The notes: generated from the sequence alone by a model not told the origin. DNA of 64,000 nt from an uncultured Actinomycetes bacterium (GCA_963765785.1 CAVXXW010000010.1:6024-70023); one strand, 5' to 3'; positions 10,032 through 22,189 are shown, numbered from the stretch's first letter. A program made the numbers and translations.

Positions 10032-10227
10032 TGGGCCTCCTCTCGATTCGCGAGGGAGCGATGAGCGGCTGGACGTGACCACCCGCCTGCCGACGGGACG
10101 AGCCCGAAGCGTGACGCCTCACCGCGCCGCCGCTGGAGGCACCCTCGCCGGGACTCGGCCCCGGTGCCTCCTCCTCTTGGACCGGGGAGTCTTGTAGGAG
10201 GCAGACGCCCGTGTCAAACGGGAGCCG

Positions 10228-11271
10228 TCAGGCCTCAGGGATCACGGCGATGCCGGGCAATTCCTTCCCCTCGAGCAGCTCGAGCGCCGCGCCGCCGCCG
10301 GTGGACGCCCACGAGACGCGGTCGAGCAGGCCGAGCTCGTTCAGCGCCCGGATCGAGTCCGCGCCGCCGACGACCGAGAACGCGTCCGAGCCGGCGACCG
10401 CCAGCGCGACCGCCGTCGTGCCCTCGGCGAAGGGAGGCCACTCGAAGACGCCCATCGGGCCGTTCCAGAAAATCGTCTTCGCCTCGCCGACCGCCTCGGC
10501 GAAGCGCTCGCGCGTCTCGGGGCCGATGTCGAGGCCGAGCCAGCCTTGCGGCAGCTCGTCGTACGGCACGACCTCCCTCTCCGCGTCCGCCTCGAAGGCG
10601 CTCGCGGCGACGACGTCGGACGGCAGCTCGACCGGGAACGGCAGCGGCGAGGCCTCGCGCAGCTCCTCGGCCATCTTCCCGCCGACGAGCACGGTGTCGG
10701 CCTTGCCCCCGAGGTTCCGCAGCACGCCGAGCTTGTCCTCGACCTTCGCGCCGCCGGAGACGAGCACGAACGGGTGCTCGACCTCCCCGAGCAGCTTGCC
10801 CAGGTGCTCCAGCTCCTGCTCGAGCAGGAGGCCCGCGTAGGCGGGCAGCAGCTCCGCGACGCCGACCGTCGATGCGTGAGCGCGGTGCACCGAGCCAAAC
10901 GCGTCCTCCACGAAGAGCTCGTACTCGTCGGCCAGCCGGCCGGCGAACTCGGGGTCGTTCTTCGTCTCGCCGGGGTCGAAGCGCGTGTTCTCGAGCACGT
11001 CGATCCGCTCGTCGGGGAGTAGCTCACGCAGCCGCCTCGCGACGGGCGTCATCGAGAAGGCGTGGTCGGACCCCTTCGGCCGCCCGAGGTGCGAGCAAAC
11101 GGCGACCTCCTTCGCGTCGTGCTCGAGCAGGTACTTCAGCGTCGGGAGCGAGGCCCGGATGCGCGTGTCGTCGGCGACCCGGCCGTCGTCGAGCGGCACG
11201 TTCAGGTCAGCGCGCACCAGCACGCGCCTGCCGCCGACGTCGGCCTCCCGGACCGACCGGGGTCTACGCAC
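10228..11271 (-). CDS. pgk: phosphoglycerate kinase (compact, 347 aa)
   Basis: RADLNVPL, SHLGRPKG, DAFGSVHRAHAS, WNGPMGVFE and STGGGA motifs; about 45 aa shorter than typical Pgk, from an internal N-domain loop. Confidence 0.9.
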   Translation of the reverse strand: MRRPRSVREADVGGRRVLVRADLNVPLDDGRVADDTRIRASLPTLKYLLEHDAKEVAVCSHLGRPKGSDHAFSMTPVARRLRELLPDERIDVLENTRFDPGETKNDPEFAGRLADEYELFVEDAFGSVHRAHASTVGVAELLPAYAGLLLEQELEHLGKLLGEVEHPFVLVSGGAKVEDKLGVLRNLGGKADTVLVGGKMAEELREASPLPFPVELPSDVVAASAFEADAEREVVPYDELPQGWLGLDIGPETRERFAEAVGEAKTIFWNGPMGVFEWPPFAEGTTAVALAVAGSDAFSVVGGADSIRALNELGLLDRVSWASTGGGAALELLEGKELPGIAVIPEA

Positions 11272-12289
11272 TCACCACGGCCGGGAGCGTCGCGCCGACC
11301 TTCGCAACGAGGTCGACCAGCCGGCACGAGTAGCCCCACTCGTTGTCGTACCAGCCGAACACCTTGACGAGCGTCCCGCTCGCCATCGTCAGCTGGCTGT
11401 CGAAGATCGACGAGTAGGACGAGCGCTGGATGTCGGTCGAGACGAGCGGCTCGTCCGTGTAGCGGAGGATGCCCTCGAACGGGCCGGTGTCCGCCTTCGA
11501 GCGGAACAGCTCGTTCACCTCGTCCTTTCCCGTCTCGCGGCCGACGCGGACGACGAGGTCGACGATCGAGCCCGTCGGCACCGGCGCGCGCATCGACATG
11601 CCGTCGACCTTGCCCTGGAGGTCCGGCATGACGACCCCGATCGCCTTGGCCGCGCCCGTCGAGGTCGGGATCAGGTTGATCGCCGCGGCGCGAGCCCGGC
11701 GCAGGTCCTCGTGCGGGAGATCGAGCACGCGCTGGTCGTTCGTGTACGCGTGGATCGTGGTCATGTAGCCCTGCTCGATCGTCAGCTCGTCGTGGAGGAC
11801 CTTCGCGAGCGGCGCGACGCAGTTGGTGGTGCAGGAGGCGTTCGAGATCACGTCGTGCGACTCGGGGTCGTAGTCGTCGTCGTTGACGCCGAGCACGATC
11901 GTCACGTCCGGGCCCTTGGCGGGCGCCGAGATGATCACCTTCCGCGCGCCGCCGTCGAGGTGCTTCGCGGCGCCGTCGCGGTCGGTGAAGAAGCCGGTCG
12001 ACTCGATCACGACGTCGATGCCGAGGTCGCCCCAGGGGAGATCGGCCGGGTCGCGCTCGGAGAGGAGCTTCAGCTCCTGGGCGCCGACGCGGATCGCGCC
12101 GTCACCGGCGGAGACCTGCTCGTCGAGCGTGCCGAGGACGGAGTCGTGCTTGAGCAGGTAGGCCATCGTCTCGACGTCGCCCAAGTCGTTCGCCGCGACG
12201 ACCTCGAAGTCGCCCCCGCGCTGCAGGTGCGCCCGGAAGAAGTTGCGCCCGATGCGCCCGAACCCGTTGATCCCAACGCGAATAGCCAC
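11264..12289 (-). CDS. gap: glyceraldehyde-3-phosphate dehydrogenase
   Basis: GTG at 12289 after AAGGGAGG; INGFGRIGRN, SNASCTTN and WYDNEWGYS motifs; overlaps the pgk start by 8 nt. Confidence 0.95.
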   Translation of the reverse strand: MAIRVGINGFGRIGRNFFRAHLQRGGDFEVVAANDLGDVETMAYLLKHDSVLGTLDEQVSAGDGAIRVGAQELKLLSERDPADLPWGDLGIDVVIESTGFFTDRDGAAKHLDGGARKVIISAPAKGPDVTIVLGVNDDDYDPESHDVISNASCTTNCVAPLAKVLHDELTIEQGYMTTIHAYTNDQRVLDLPHEDLRRARAAAINLIPTSTGAAKAIGVVMPDLQGKVDGMSMRAPVPTGSIVDLVVRVGRETGKDEVNELFRSKADTGPFEGILRYTDEPLVSTDIQRSSYSSIFDSQLTMASGTLVKVFGWYDNEWGYSCRLVDLVAKVGATLPAVVSA

Positions 12290-12376
12290 GATCTCGCCTC
12301 CCTTTGGTTTCTCGCCGTCGAGTCTATCGAGGGGCAGCGAGCGCCTTCCTCGGGGTTTTCGCTGAGACTCTGGCTC

Positions 12377-12853
12377 ATGACCGTAGACGTGAGACCGCTC
12401 GGCGACGCCGAGCGGGAGTGGTCGAACGCCTTCCTGCTCGACAGCTGGGGCGGCGTCGTCGCTCGGCAATGCGAACTCGTCGACCCGAGCGAGCTGCCCG
12501 GCTTCGTCGCGCTCGCCGACGGTGACCGCGTCGGCCTGGCGACCTACGCCGTCCGCGGCGACGAGTGCGAGCTCGTGACCATCGACAGCCTGCGCGAGGG
12601 AATCGGCGTCGGCCGCGCGCTGCTCGACGCCGTCCGCGACGCAGCCGTCGAAGCCGGCTGCCGGCGCCTGTGGCTGGTGACGACGAACGACAACGTCCGC
12701 GCGCTCAAGGTCTACCAACGCTGGGGCATGGACCTCGTCGCCTTCCGCCGAGACGCAATCGCGGAAGCACGCAAGCTGAAGCCGTCGATCCCGGAACGAG
12801 GCGCGAACGGCATCCCGCTCGAGCACGAACTCGAGCTCGAGCTGATCCTCTGA
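12377..12853 (+). CDS. GNAT-family N-acetyltransferase
   Basis: ATG at 12377; REGIGVGRALLDAV ... LWLVTTNDNVRALKVYQRWGM acetyl-CoA binding core. Confidence 0.75.
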   Translation: MTVDVRPLGDAEREWSNAFLLDSWGGVVARQCELVDPSELPGFVALADGDRVGLATYAVRGDECELVTIDSLREGIGVGRALLDAVRDAAVEAGCRRLWLVTTNDNVRALKVYQRWGMDLVAFRRDAIAEARKLKPSIPERGANGIPLEHELELELIL

Positions 12854-12862
12854 AGGCGGCGC

Positions 12863-12886
12863 CTCGTCAGCGCGTTCGCTGACGAG
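12863..12886. terminator. perfect 10-bp stem / 4-nt loop hairpin after the GNAT stop
   Basis: CTCGTCAGCG-cgtt-CGCTGACGAG; no clear U-tract. Confidence 0.4.
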
Positions 12887-12933
12887 CTTAGAGCGCGTGC
12901 GGGCTTTCGCCCGTGCGCGCGTCTTATGCCCAA

Positions 12934-12967
12934 CCGGCCCGCCCTGGCCTCCGCCAGGGCGGGCCGG
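12934..12967. terminator. perfect 14-bp stem hairpin in the convergent GNAT/whiA intergenic region
   Basis: CCGGCCCGCCCTGG-cctccg-CCAGGGCGGGCCGG. Confidence 0.35.
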
Positions 12968-13137
12968 AGGGGAAGCTCCGAGGACGACCTCCCCCTCCGC
13001 ATTGTCGCGCTCCGGACCTTGGCGACGGACGGGGTCTGAATCCATCGCCGGACGAGCGCGAACCCGCCGCTGAAGAGTATTACTCAACGAACGACCCAAA
13101 GACCACGGCGTTTGCAAAGTAGAAGGTCGAGGTTCTT

Positions 13138-14052
13138 CTACCGTCGCGCAATGCGCACGAGTGTCTGCAACCGGCGGTGCGCGGCCGACTTGCTGGCCGG
13201 CGGTTTGCAGCGCGCGCCAAGGTCGCGGAGCGAGAGCGACGGGTGCTTCAGCCGGAGGAGCGCGACCTCCCGGAGCGGCGGCGAGAGCTGCTCGAGCCGG
13301 CCGTCTCGCTGCAACCGGCGCACGGCCTCGAGCTGGAGGTGAGCCGCGCGGCCGGTCCGGACGAGGTTCGCGTGGTCGGCGTTCGCGAGGCGGTTCGCGC
13401 GCGCGCGCGTGAACCCGACAACGGCACGCTCCTGCAGCGCGAGCGCCGCCTCGCTGGCGCCGGCTGCCGCGAGCACGCCCGCGATCCGGTCGATCCCCTT
13501 CGCGTACGCAACCGCGTGGTCAGCACGTTCGGTCACCTTCAGCTCGCCGCCCTCCGCCGCGGCGGCGGCCGCGACCGCCTCCGCCCCCTCCCGCGTCTCG
13601 CTGCGCACCTCGAGGTGCGGCGAGGGCGGAGCGCTCACCGACCCCGACGCCAGCAGCGCGCCCCGCACGTACGCCGCCCGGCAGCACGAGCGCGCGACCA
13701 CGCGCCGCGGCGGCCGGTCGCGCGGCCGGAAACGCGAGTCCACGACGCCGGCGCGCTCCAGTACCGGCCCGGCGGCGGACTCGACGTGGAGCTGGTAACG
13801 GGTCTTGCGCCCGAAGGCGTGCCGCTGGTACGTCCGAATCTCCGAGCGGACGCCGAAGTCGCGCAGCAGCGAGAATGCGCGCCGGGCCGCGGCCGGGCTC
13901 GAGAGATCCAGATGGAGGCTGACCTCGCCGCGGCCGAGCAGGTGCAGCCGCCCGGCGAAGTGGAACAGTGCCGAGAGCTCCGCGAGCCGGTCGCACTCGC
14001 GCGCCGGCGCGATCCCGGCGAGCTCGGCACGGACGTCCTCAGAGAACGACAC
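13138..14052 (-). CDS. whiA: DNA-binding cell-division/sporulation regulator WhiA
   Basis: GTG at 14052 gives VSFSEDVRAEL; LAGLIDADG-like middle domain; C-terminal HTH (LSLRDLGARCKPPASKSAAHRRL). Confidence 0.9.
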   Translation of the reverse strand: MSFSEDVRAELAGIAPARECDRLAELSALFHFAGRLHLLGRGEVSLHLDLSSPAAARRAFSLLRDFGVRSEIRTYQRHAFGRKTRYQLHVESAAGPVLERAGVVDSRFRPRDRPPRRVVARSCCRAAYVRGALLASGSVSAPPSPHLEVRSETREGAEAVAAAAAAEGGELKVTERADHAVAYAKGIDRIAGVLAAAGASEAALALQERAVVGFTRARANRLANADHANLVRTGRAAHLQLEAVRRLQRDGRLEQLSPPLREVALLRLKHPSLSLRDLGARCKPPASKSAAHRRLQTLVRIARR

Positions 14053-14494
14053 CCTCGAGCTCCAACAGCCGGCGCTTGTAGCCGAGGCCGAGCGACCCGT
14101 ACGAGCCGAGGCCGTCCGCGGCGACGACGCGGTGGCACGGCACGAAGAGCGCGAAGCGGTTCGCGGCGCACACGGAGCCGACCGCGCGCTGAGCGTTCGG
14201 GTGACCCGCCAGCGCCGCAACCTCGCCGTACGTGGCCGTCTCCCCGTATGGGATCGCACGCATCGCGCCGACCGCCGCACGCTGGAACGGCGTGCACCAC
14301 TCCAGGTCGAGCTCAACGTCCTCGAACGCGTCCCTCGAGCCGACGAAGTAGCCGCGGACGCGATCGGCGAGCGCGTGCGTCCGGCGAGGGCTGGTCGTCC
14401 TGGCCGGCAGCTCGTGCCACACCACGACGCCGTCGGCCAGCACCAGCTCCCCGACCCCCCAACCGCGAACCGCATAGGCGAACTGCTCGACCAT
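14039..14494 (-). CDS. ogt: methylated-DNA--protein-cysteine methyltransferase
   Basis: ATG at 14494; IPYGETATYGEVA and active-site PCHRVV; overlaps the whiA start by 14 nt. Confidence 0.85.
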   Translation of the reverse strand: MVEQFAYAVRGWGVGELVLADGVVVWHELPARTTSPRRTHALADRVRGYFVGSRDAFEDVELDLEWCTPFQRAAVGAMRAIPYGETATYGEVAALAGHPNAQRAVGSVCAANRFALFVPCHRVVAADGLGSYGSLGLGYKRRLLELEGVVL

Positions 14495-14518
14495 CGCCGG
14501 AATCGTAGAATCCCGGCG

Positions 14519-16185
<1,667 letters not shown>

Positions 16186-16189
<4 letters not shown>

Positions 16190-17601
16190 AGCGCGCCCTC
16201 TTCGTCAGCGTCACGGTCCTGCTCGTCGCTGCATCGGTGGCCACGGCGGCGCGGATCCGCGGGACGCGTGGACCGGACAAGCTCCAGGCGGTCAACGGCG
16301 TCCGCGACACGGTCACCTGCGGCGGCGGCTACGACGTGGCGACGGTGGACGCCTTCGACCACGTCGGGCCCGACTGCGAGGTGGTCACGCGGGAGACCTC
16401 GCGCGACCCGTACGCGAACACCGAGAGCGAGCACCAGACCGAGGTGGAGCCCGACTCGGCCGCCTTCGGCAAGAAGGTCGTCGCCGTCTTCCAGGTCGGC
16501 CGCGTCTTCGACGGCGGCGCGCGGAACATCGGCTTCGCGGTGTCACGCGACGCGGGCCGCACCTGGACACGAGGCTTCCTCAGCGGCCTGACCCCGCGCG
16601 TGAGCGACCCGTCCGTCGCCTACGACCGCCGGCACGCCACGTGGCTGGCCGCCTCGCTCGTCTTCTCGAAGACGAGCTCGTCGATCTCGGTCAACCGCTC
16701 GAGCGACGGCCGCCACTGGGGCGGGCCGATCAAGGCGGTCAGCACGAGCCCGGGGCTCGGGCAGGACAAGGAGTGGGTCGCCTGCGACAACTGGCCGCAG
16801 AGCCCGCACTACGGCACCTGCTACCTCAGCTACAGCGACGTGCTCACCGACCAGGTGGTCGCGCAGGTCTCGACCGACGGCGGGCGCACCTGGTCGACGG
16901 CGACGACCGCACCCGGCTTTCCGGGGCGCGCCGCGGTCGAAGGCGCCTTCGCTCCCGGTGTGCAGCCGCTCGTGCTGCCGAGCGGGCGGGCGCTGATCCC
17001 GTACTACGACGAGAACAAGCTCTCGACGCTGATCTCCGACGACGGCGGCGCGACCTGGACGGCGCAGGTCGCGATCGCGCCGTCGTCCTACCGCTCGCAC
17101 CGGGGCCTGCGCGCCGCGCCGCTGCCGACCTCGGCCGTGAGCTCGGACGGCCGCGCCTACGTGGCGTGGGCCGACTGCTCCTTCCGCAGCGGCTGCCCCG
17201 GTAACGACATCCTCTACACGTCGACGACCGACGGCGTCGCCTGGACGCCGGTCACGCGGATTCCGACCGGCACCGGCGACGCCGAGCTGCCCGGGCTCGA
17301 CGCCGACCCGACCCGCCCCGGACGGCTCGCGCTCACGTACTACGTCTTCCACGGCTCGTCGCTCGACGTCCGCTTCGTCTCGTCGTCCAACGCCGGCGCG
17401 AGCTGGACCAAGCCGCAGCTGCTCAACTCACGGCGCGTACCGATGAGCGGGATCGCGCGAACCTCGCTCGGCTCGATGGTCGGCGATTACATCTCGACGT
17501 CGTTTGCCGGCGGCCGGGCGGTGCCGGTGTTCGTGCTGGCGAGCGCGCCGACGGCGCAGTTGCACGAGGCCGCCTTCGCGACCTCGCTCCCAGTCCGCTA
17601 G
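16186..17601 (+). CDS. secreted BNR/Asp-box repeat protein (sialidase-like beta-propeller)
   Basis: Asp-box repeats SRDAGRTW, SSDGRHW, STDGGRTW, SDDGGATW, TTDGVAW and SSNAGASW; the signal peptide KRALFVSVTVLLVAASVATA has only CTG (16186) as a possible start. Confidence 0.75.
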
Positions 17602-18797
17602 GCCTCCGGCGGCAGCTCGACGAGCGCCGGGCCCCAGCCACGTGTCCGCGCCCGCAGCGAAATCCAGCCCGCGCAGGCCAGGGCAGGCAGCGCGAGGATC
17701 ACGCCTGCGTAGCGGACGCCGAAGGAGCTCGCGATCAGCCCGTCCAGCAGGCTGGCGAATGGCCGCAGCCCGAGGAAGGCGACGCTCCAGAGCGCCATGA
17801 TCCGGCCGCGCTGCCACGGCTCGACGCCGAGCTGGAGCCGCGACGTCGCGTGGGTGTTCGAGGCGAGGTAGCCGAAGCCGGCCACGAACAGCAGCGGCAG
17901 CGCCAGCCAGAGCCACGGTGAGAGCGAGAACGCGACGACGCCTCCGCCGAGCAGGAGCAGCGTCGTGACCATCCGCCGTCGGCTCCCGCCCACCCTGCCG
18001 GCGACCACGAACCCGGCGGTGACCGCGCCCGCGCCGAACGCACCGATGATGTAGCCGGCCACCGTGTCTTTGTGCCCGAACGCATGCGCCCAGGCCGGCG
18101 CCAGCGTGTTGACCGGGTCGGACGCGAAGCCGACCGCGGCGACGATCACCAGGTAGACGACGAGCTGCGGCCGCTGCTGCAGCAGCTCGACGCTCGCCCG
18201 GAGCTGGCTCTTCGGACGCTCGACGAACTGTTGCAACTGCGGCCCGATCACGACCAGGGCGGCGATGAAGACCAGGTACGAGACGGCGTTCAGCCCGAAG
18301 GCGGCCGGGATGCCCAGGTACTCGACCGCCAGCGCCGCGGTCGCAGGGCCGATCGCGCGCGCGAGGTTGAACGTCATCGAGTTCAGCGCGACGGCGGTCG
18401 GCACCTCCGGCTCCTCGACGAGCTGCGTGATCAAGGCCTGCTGGGCCGGAGCGGAGAACGCGCTGACCACGCCCAGCGCCAGCGCGTCGGCGATCACCAC
18501 GGGCGTAGGGGCGAGGCCAAGCGCGGCCAGCACGCCGAGCCCGCCGGAGAGCACGATCGCGCAGCTCTGCGTCACGAGCAGCAGGCTCCGGCGGTTCCAG
18601 CGGTCCGAGGCGCCGCCGGCCCACGGCGCGAGCACGAGGATCGGGATGAACTGGGCGAAGTTGAGGACGCCGAGCAGGAGCGCAGAGTGCGTCTGACGGA
18701 AGACGAGCAGCGACGCCGCGAGGTTCTGGAACCAGGTGCCGCTCGCGGAGAGCGCGTTGCCGGCGAAGTAGGGGCCGAACGTGCGCCGCCGCAGCAG
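17598..18797 (-). CDS. MFS transporter (EntS/MFS_3-like)
   Basis: Homology (RRRTFGPYFAGNALSASGTWFQNLAASLLVF...) extends upstream of the first canonical start (GTG 18635); only CTG (18797/18794) or GTA (18833) is available there. Confidence 0.7.
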   Translation of the reverse strand: MLRRRTFGPYFAGNALSASGTWFQNLAASLLVFRQTHSALLLGVLNFAQFIPILVLAPWAGGASDRWNRRSLLLVTQSCAIVLSGGLGVLAALGLAPTPVVIADALALGVVSAFSAPAQQALITQLVEEPEVPTAVALNSMTFNLARAIGPATAALAVEYLGIPAAFGLNAVSYLVFIAALVVIGPQLQQFVERPKSQLRASVELLQQRPQLVVYLVIVAAVGFASDPVNTLAPAWAHAFGHKDTVAGYIIGAFGAGAVTAGFVVAGRVGGSRRRMVTTLLLLGGGVVAFSLSPWLWLALPLLFVAGFGYLASNTHATSRLQLGVEPWQRGRIMALWSVAFLGLRPFASLLDGLIASSFGVRYAGVILALPALACAGWISLRARTRGWGPALVELPPEA

Positions 18798-18831
18798 CGC
18801 GAAGGCGGCGGCCGGCCCGACGCGAGCCGCT

Positions 18832-18856
18832 ACGCCCGGCCTGCCTTGTGCAGCTG
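18832..18856. repeat. 25-nt copy of the uvrC terminus (22/25 identical), inside the MFS 5' region
   Basis: ACGCCCGGCCTGCCTTGTGCAGCTG versus ACGCCCGACCCGCCTTGTGCAGCTG at 18939. Confidence 0.8.
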
Positions 18857-18936
18857 CGACGGCGTCGCTTGCGATGCCGCTAGAGGCCGTGGTGGCATTG
18901 CCGCCACGGCCGTCCTACGCACCGTGGCCTCACCGG

Positions 18937-20791
18937 TCACGCCCGACCCGCCTTGTGCAGCTGGGCGTAGATGGAGCGAGCGGTGCGTTCCGGGATGCCC
19001 GGCACGCCTTCGAGTTCCTCCTGGCTCGCGTCCAGAAACCGCTCCGCCGAGCCGAAGTGCCGCAGCAGCGCCCGCCGCCGGGCCGGGCCGACGCCCTGGA
19101 GCGTGTCGAAGATCGACTCCCGCGCCCTCGCGTCACGGCGCTGGCGGTGGAAGCCGAGCGCGAAGCGGTGCGCCTCGTCGCGGATCCGCTGGAGCAGGTG
19201 CAGGCCCGGTGAGTCGCGGTCGAGCCGGATCGGGTCGGGCTGGCCCGGCACGAACACCTCCTCCTCACGCTTGGCCAGCGCGATCACCGCCACACGCGGC
19301 AGGTCGTACGCCTGCATCGCCTGCAGCGCAGCCGCGAGCTGGCCCTTGCCGCCGTCGATCACGACGAGGTTCGGCGTCGCCGCGAACGACTCGTCGTAGT
19401 CCTCGGCCGCGGCGCCGGCCTGGAGCCTGTGCGAACCGCCGCGATACGACCTCCTCGAGCGCCGCGTAGTCGTCCTGCCCGTGGAGCGTCTTCACGCCGA
19501 ACTTGCGGTAGTGCGCCTTCTTCGCCAGCGCGTCCTGGAAGACGACCATCGAGCCGACGACGTCGGAGCCCTGGATGTTCGAGATGTCGTAGCACTCGAT
19601 GCGGAGCGGCAAGCTCTCGAGGTTCAGTGCCTCGCGCAGCTCCTCGAGCGCCTCGACCCGGCGCAGCCGCTTCCGTTCGGCCTGCACGGCCTCCGACTCG
19701 AGCGCCAGGCGAGCGTTCTCGGCCGCGAGCTCCTGCAGGCGTCGCTTCTCGCCGCGCCGCGGCGCGCGCACCTCGACGTGCGAGCCGCGCTGGTCGGAGA
19801 GGAACTGCTCCAGCGCGCTCGTGTCCCCGGCGTCGGCCGGCACGACGATCTGCGGCGGCACGCTCGGCGACGAGCCGTAGTACTCGATCGCGAACGCCTC
19901 CAGCAGCGTCGCGGTGTCCTGGCCGTCGACGTTCTCGAGATGGAAGCCGTAGCGGTCGATCAGCTTGCCGTCGCGGAGCGGGAAGATCTGCACGGCCGCC
20001 CGATCCCCGTCGACGGCAATGCCGATCACGTCGACCGAGCCGACCGAGCGCCGGTCGGCCGTCTGCCGCTCGACCAGGTGCCGCACCGCGAACAGCCGGT
20101 TGCGGTAGCGGGCCGCCTCCTCGAAGCGCTCGCCGTCTGCGGCCTCCTTCATCTTCCGCTCGAGCTCGCGCTGGATCGGCCGCGTCTCGCCGGAGAGGAA
20201 CTCGATCACGTTCTCGATGATCTGCCGGTAGTCGTCCTTCGAGACGTAGCCGACGCAGGGCGCCAGGCAACGCTCGATGTGGTAGTCGAGGCACGGGATC
20301 CCGCTGTGCCGACCGGGCTTCGGGCCCTCGCACGGCCGGTACGGGAAGACGCGGTTCAGCACGTCCAGCGTCTCGCGCACCTTCTTCGCGTTCGCGTACG
20401 GCCCGAAGTAGACGACACCGCGCCGGTGCCGCTCGCGCGTGAACATGACCCGCGGATAGTCGTCGTCGACCGTGACGGCGATGTACGGGAACGACTTGTC
20501 GTCGCGGAGGCGGACGTTGAACGGCGGGCGGTGCCGCTTGACGAGGTTCTGCTCGAGATGGAGCGCCTCGACCTCGGTGTTCGTGACGATCACCTCGACG
20601 TCGGCGACGCGGTCCGGGAGCCGCTGGATCGTCGAGCGTGAGTCCGGCGTCTTCTGGAAGTAGCTGCGCACGCGCGGCCGCAGCGACTTCGCCTTGCCGA
20701 TGTAGAGGACCTGGCCGCGCTCGTCGCGGAAGAGGTAGACGCCGGGCTTGGCCGGAAGCCGTTTCAGCTGCTCTTCCAGAGGTGTGGCCAT
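18937..20791 (-). pseudogene. uvrC: excinuclease ABC subunit C, reading frame broken by one extra nucleotide near 19400-19440
   Basis: GIY-YIG N-terminus (PGVYLFRDERGQVLYIGKAKSLRPRV) from ATG 20791 in one frame. The C-terminus (ATPNLVVIDGGKGQL ... RDEAHRFA ... HhH) lies in the +1 frame and ends at 18937. Total length is 1855 nt, 3n+1. Confidence 0.85.
18939..18963. repeat. partner of the 25-nt repeat (last codons plus stop of uvrC)
   Basis: See 18832..18856. Confidence 0.8.
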
Positions 20792-20818
20792 GGCCGGGCA
20801 AGGGTAGCCTCCGGCCCC

Positions 20819-22180
20819 GTGAGAAAAGCCGTGCTCGCAGGGGTGGTCGCGGCGGCCGCGATCGCCGGTGTCGTCGCAGCGATGGTGCTTTCCTCCAGGG
20901 GTGGAGGCGAGGGCCAGGCGTCGCCGACGACGGGTTCGACGGGTTCGACGGCGAGCCCGACGGCCACCACGCAGGTACCGACGAGCACCGGGACGAGCAC
21001 GAGCGTTTCCACCCCGCAGGGCACCACCACCGCCCCGCCGATTCCCACGCGGCCGGTGAAGCTCCCGCCGCCCCCGTCGCCGCGCTCCGCAAAGAGAGAG
21101 TCGTTCCTGGTCGGCACCGTCGACGACTCGCTCGCCCAGCAGAGCGCGCCGTATGCACAGGCGCAGGTCGACCTCTCCCGCGACGCCAGCTTCGACGCCG
21201 CGATCGTCTCCGCCACCTGGCAGCGCGGCCAGCGCAGCCCGCCGGCGCCGCTGCTGGCCGTCCTCCGCAACGTCGCCCGCGCGACGGCCCGCGACCACAT
21301 GCAACTGATGCTCGTCGTCTGGCATGGGCAATCCGGCGAGACGCCGCGGACCCCGTCCGAGCGCGCCGACTTCGCCGCCTTCGCGGCCGCACTCGTGAAG
21401 GCGCTGCCGCAAGTGAAGGCCGTCATCGTCGGAAACGAGCCGAACCTGAGCACGTTCTGGAGGCCGCAGTTCGGCGCCGGCGGCAGCGACGCCGCCGCAC
21501 ATGCGTACGAGGATCTGCTGGCGCGCAGCTACGACACGGTCAAGGCGGCGCGGCCCGACGTGCTCGTGCTCGGCGGAGCCCTGTCGCCGCGCGGAGCCGA
21601 CCGCCGGGGCGGGTCGCGCCCCACCCACTCCCCCACGCGCTTCCTCTACGACCTCGGCGTCGCCTACCGGACGAGCGGCCGCACGAGGCCGCTGATGGAC
21701 GCGTTCGCGATCCACCCGTACATGCAGGCCTCCCGCATCGCGCCCACGGCGCCGCACCCGGACAACACGTCGATCACGGTCGCCGACTACCCGAAGCTCG
21801 TCCGCCTGCTCGACGCCGCCTTCCGCGACACCGGCCAGGAGGCGGCCCACCTGCCGATCTACTACACCGAGTTCGGCGTCCAGACGCCGGTGCCCGGGTC
21901 GAAGCGGCGGTTCTACTCCGACCTCGGCTCGCCCACGCGCTCCGACTCCGTCTCCTTCGCCACGCAGGCCGCCTACTACCGACGCGCGCTCGAGCTGGCC
22001 TACTGCCAGCCGACCGTGCGCGGGCTGTTCGTCTTCCACACCTTCGACGAGGCGAGCCTCTACGGCTGGCAGTCGGGCCTCTACTTCGCGGACCGGACGC
22101 CGAAACCGAGCCTGCCGGCGTTCAAGCGCACCGTGAGCGACCTGCGCAACGGCCGCTTCCCGGCCTGCAGCGGCGGCTAG
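20819..22180 (+). CDS. membrane-anchored putative glycoside hydrolase (clan GH-A TIM barrel) with Ser/Thr/Pro linker
   Basis: N-terminal TM segment, TSTGTSTS linker, VGNEPN and YYTEFG candidate catalytic Glu motifs; GTG start. Confidence 0.65.
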   Translation: MRKAVLAGVVAAAAIAGVVAAMVLSSRGGGEGQASPTTGSTGSTASPTATTQVPTSTGTSTSVSTPQGTTTAPPIPTRPVKLPPPPSPRSAKRESFLVGTVDDSLAQQSAPYAQAQVDLSRDASFDAAIVSATWQRGQRSPPAPLLAVLRNVARATARDHMQLMLVVWHGQSGETPRTPSERADFAAFAAALVKALPQVKAVIVGNEPNLSTFWRPQFGAGGSDAAAHAYEDLLARSYDTVKAARPDVLVLGGALSPRGADRRGGSRPTHSPTRFLYDLGVAYRTSGRTRPLMDAFAIHPYMQASRIAPTAPHPDNTSITVADYPKLVRLLDAAFRDTGQEAAHLPIYYTEFGVQTPVPGSKRRFYSDLGSPTRSDSVSFATQAAYYRRALELAYCQPTVRGLFVFHTFDEASLYGWQSGLYFADRTPKPSLPAFKRTVSDLRNGRFPACSGG

Positions 22181-22189
22181 GGTTCAGGC

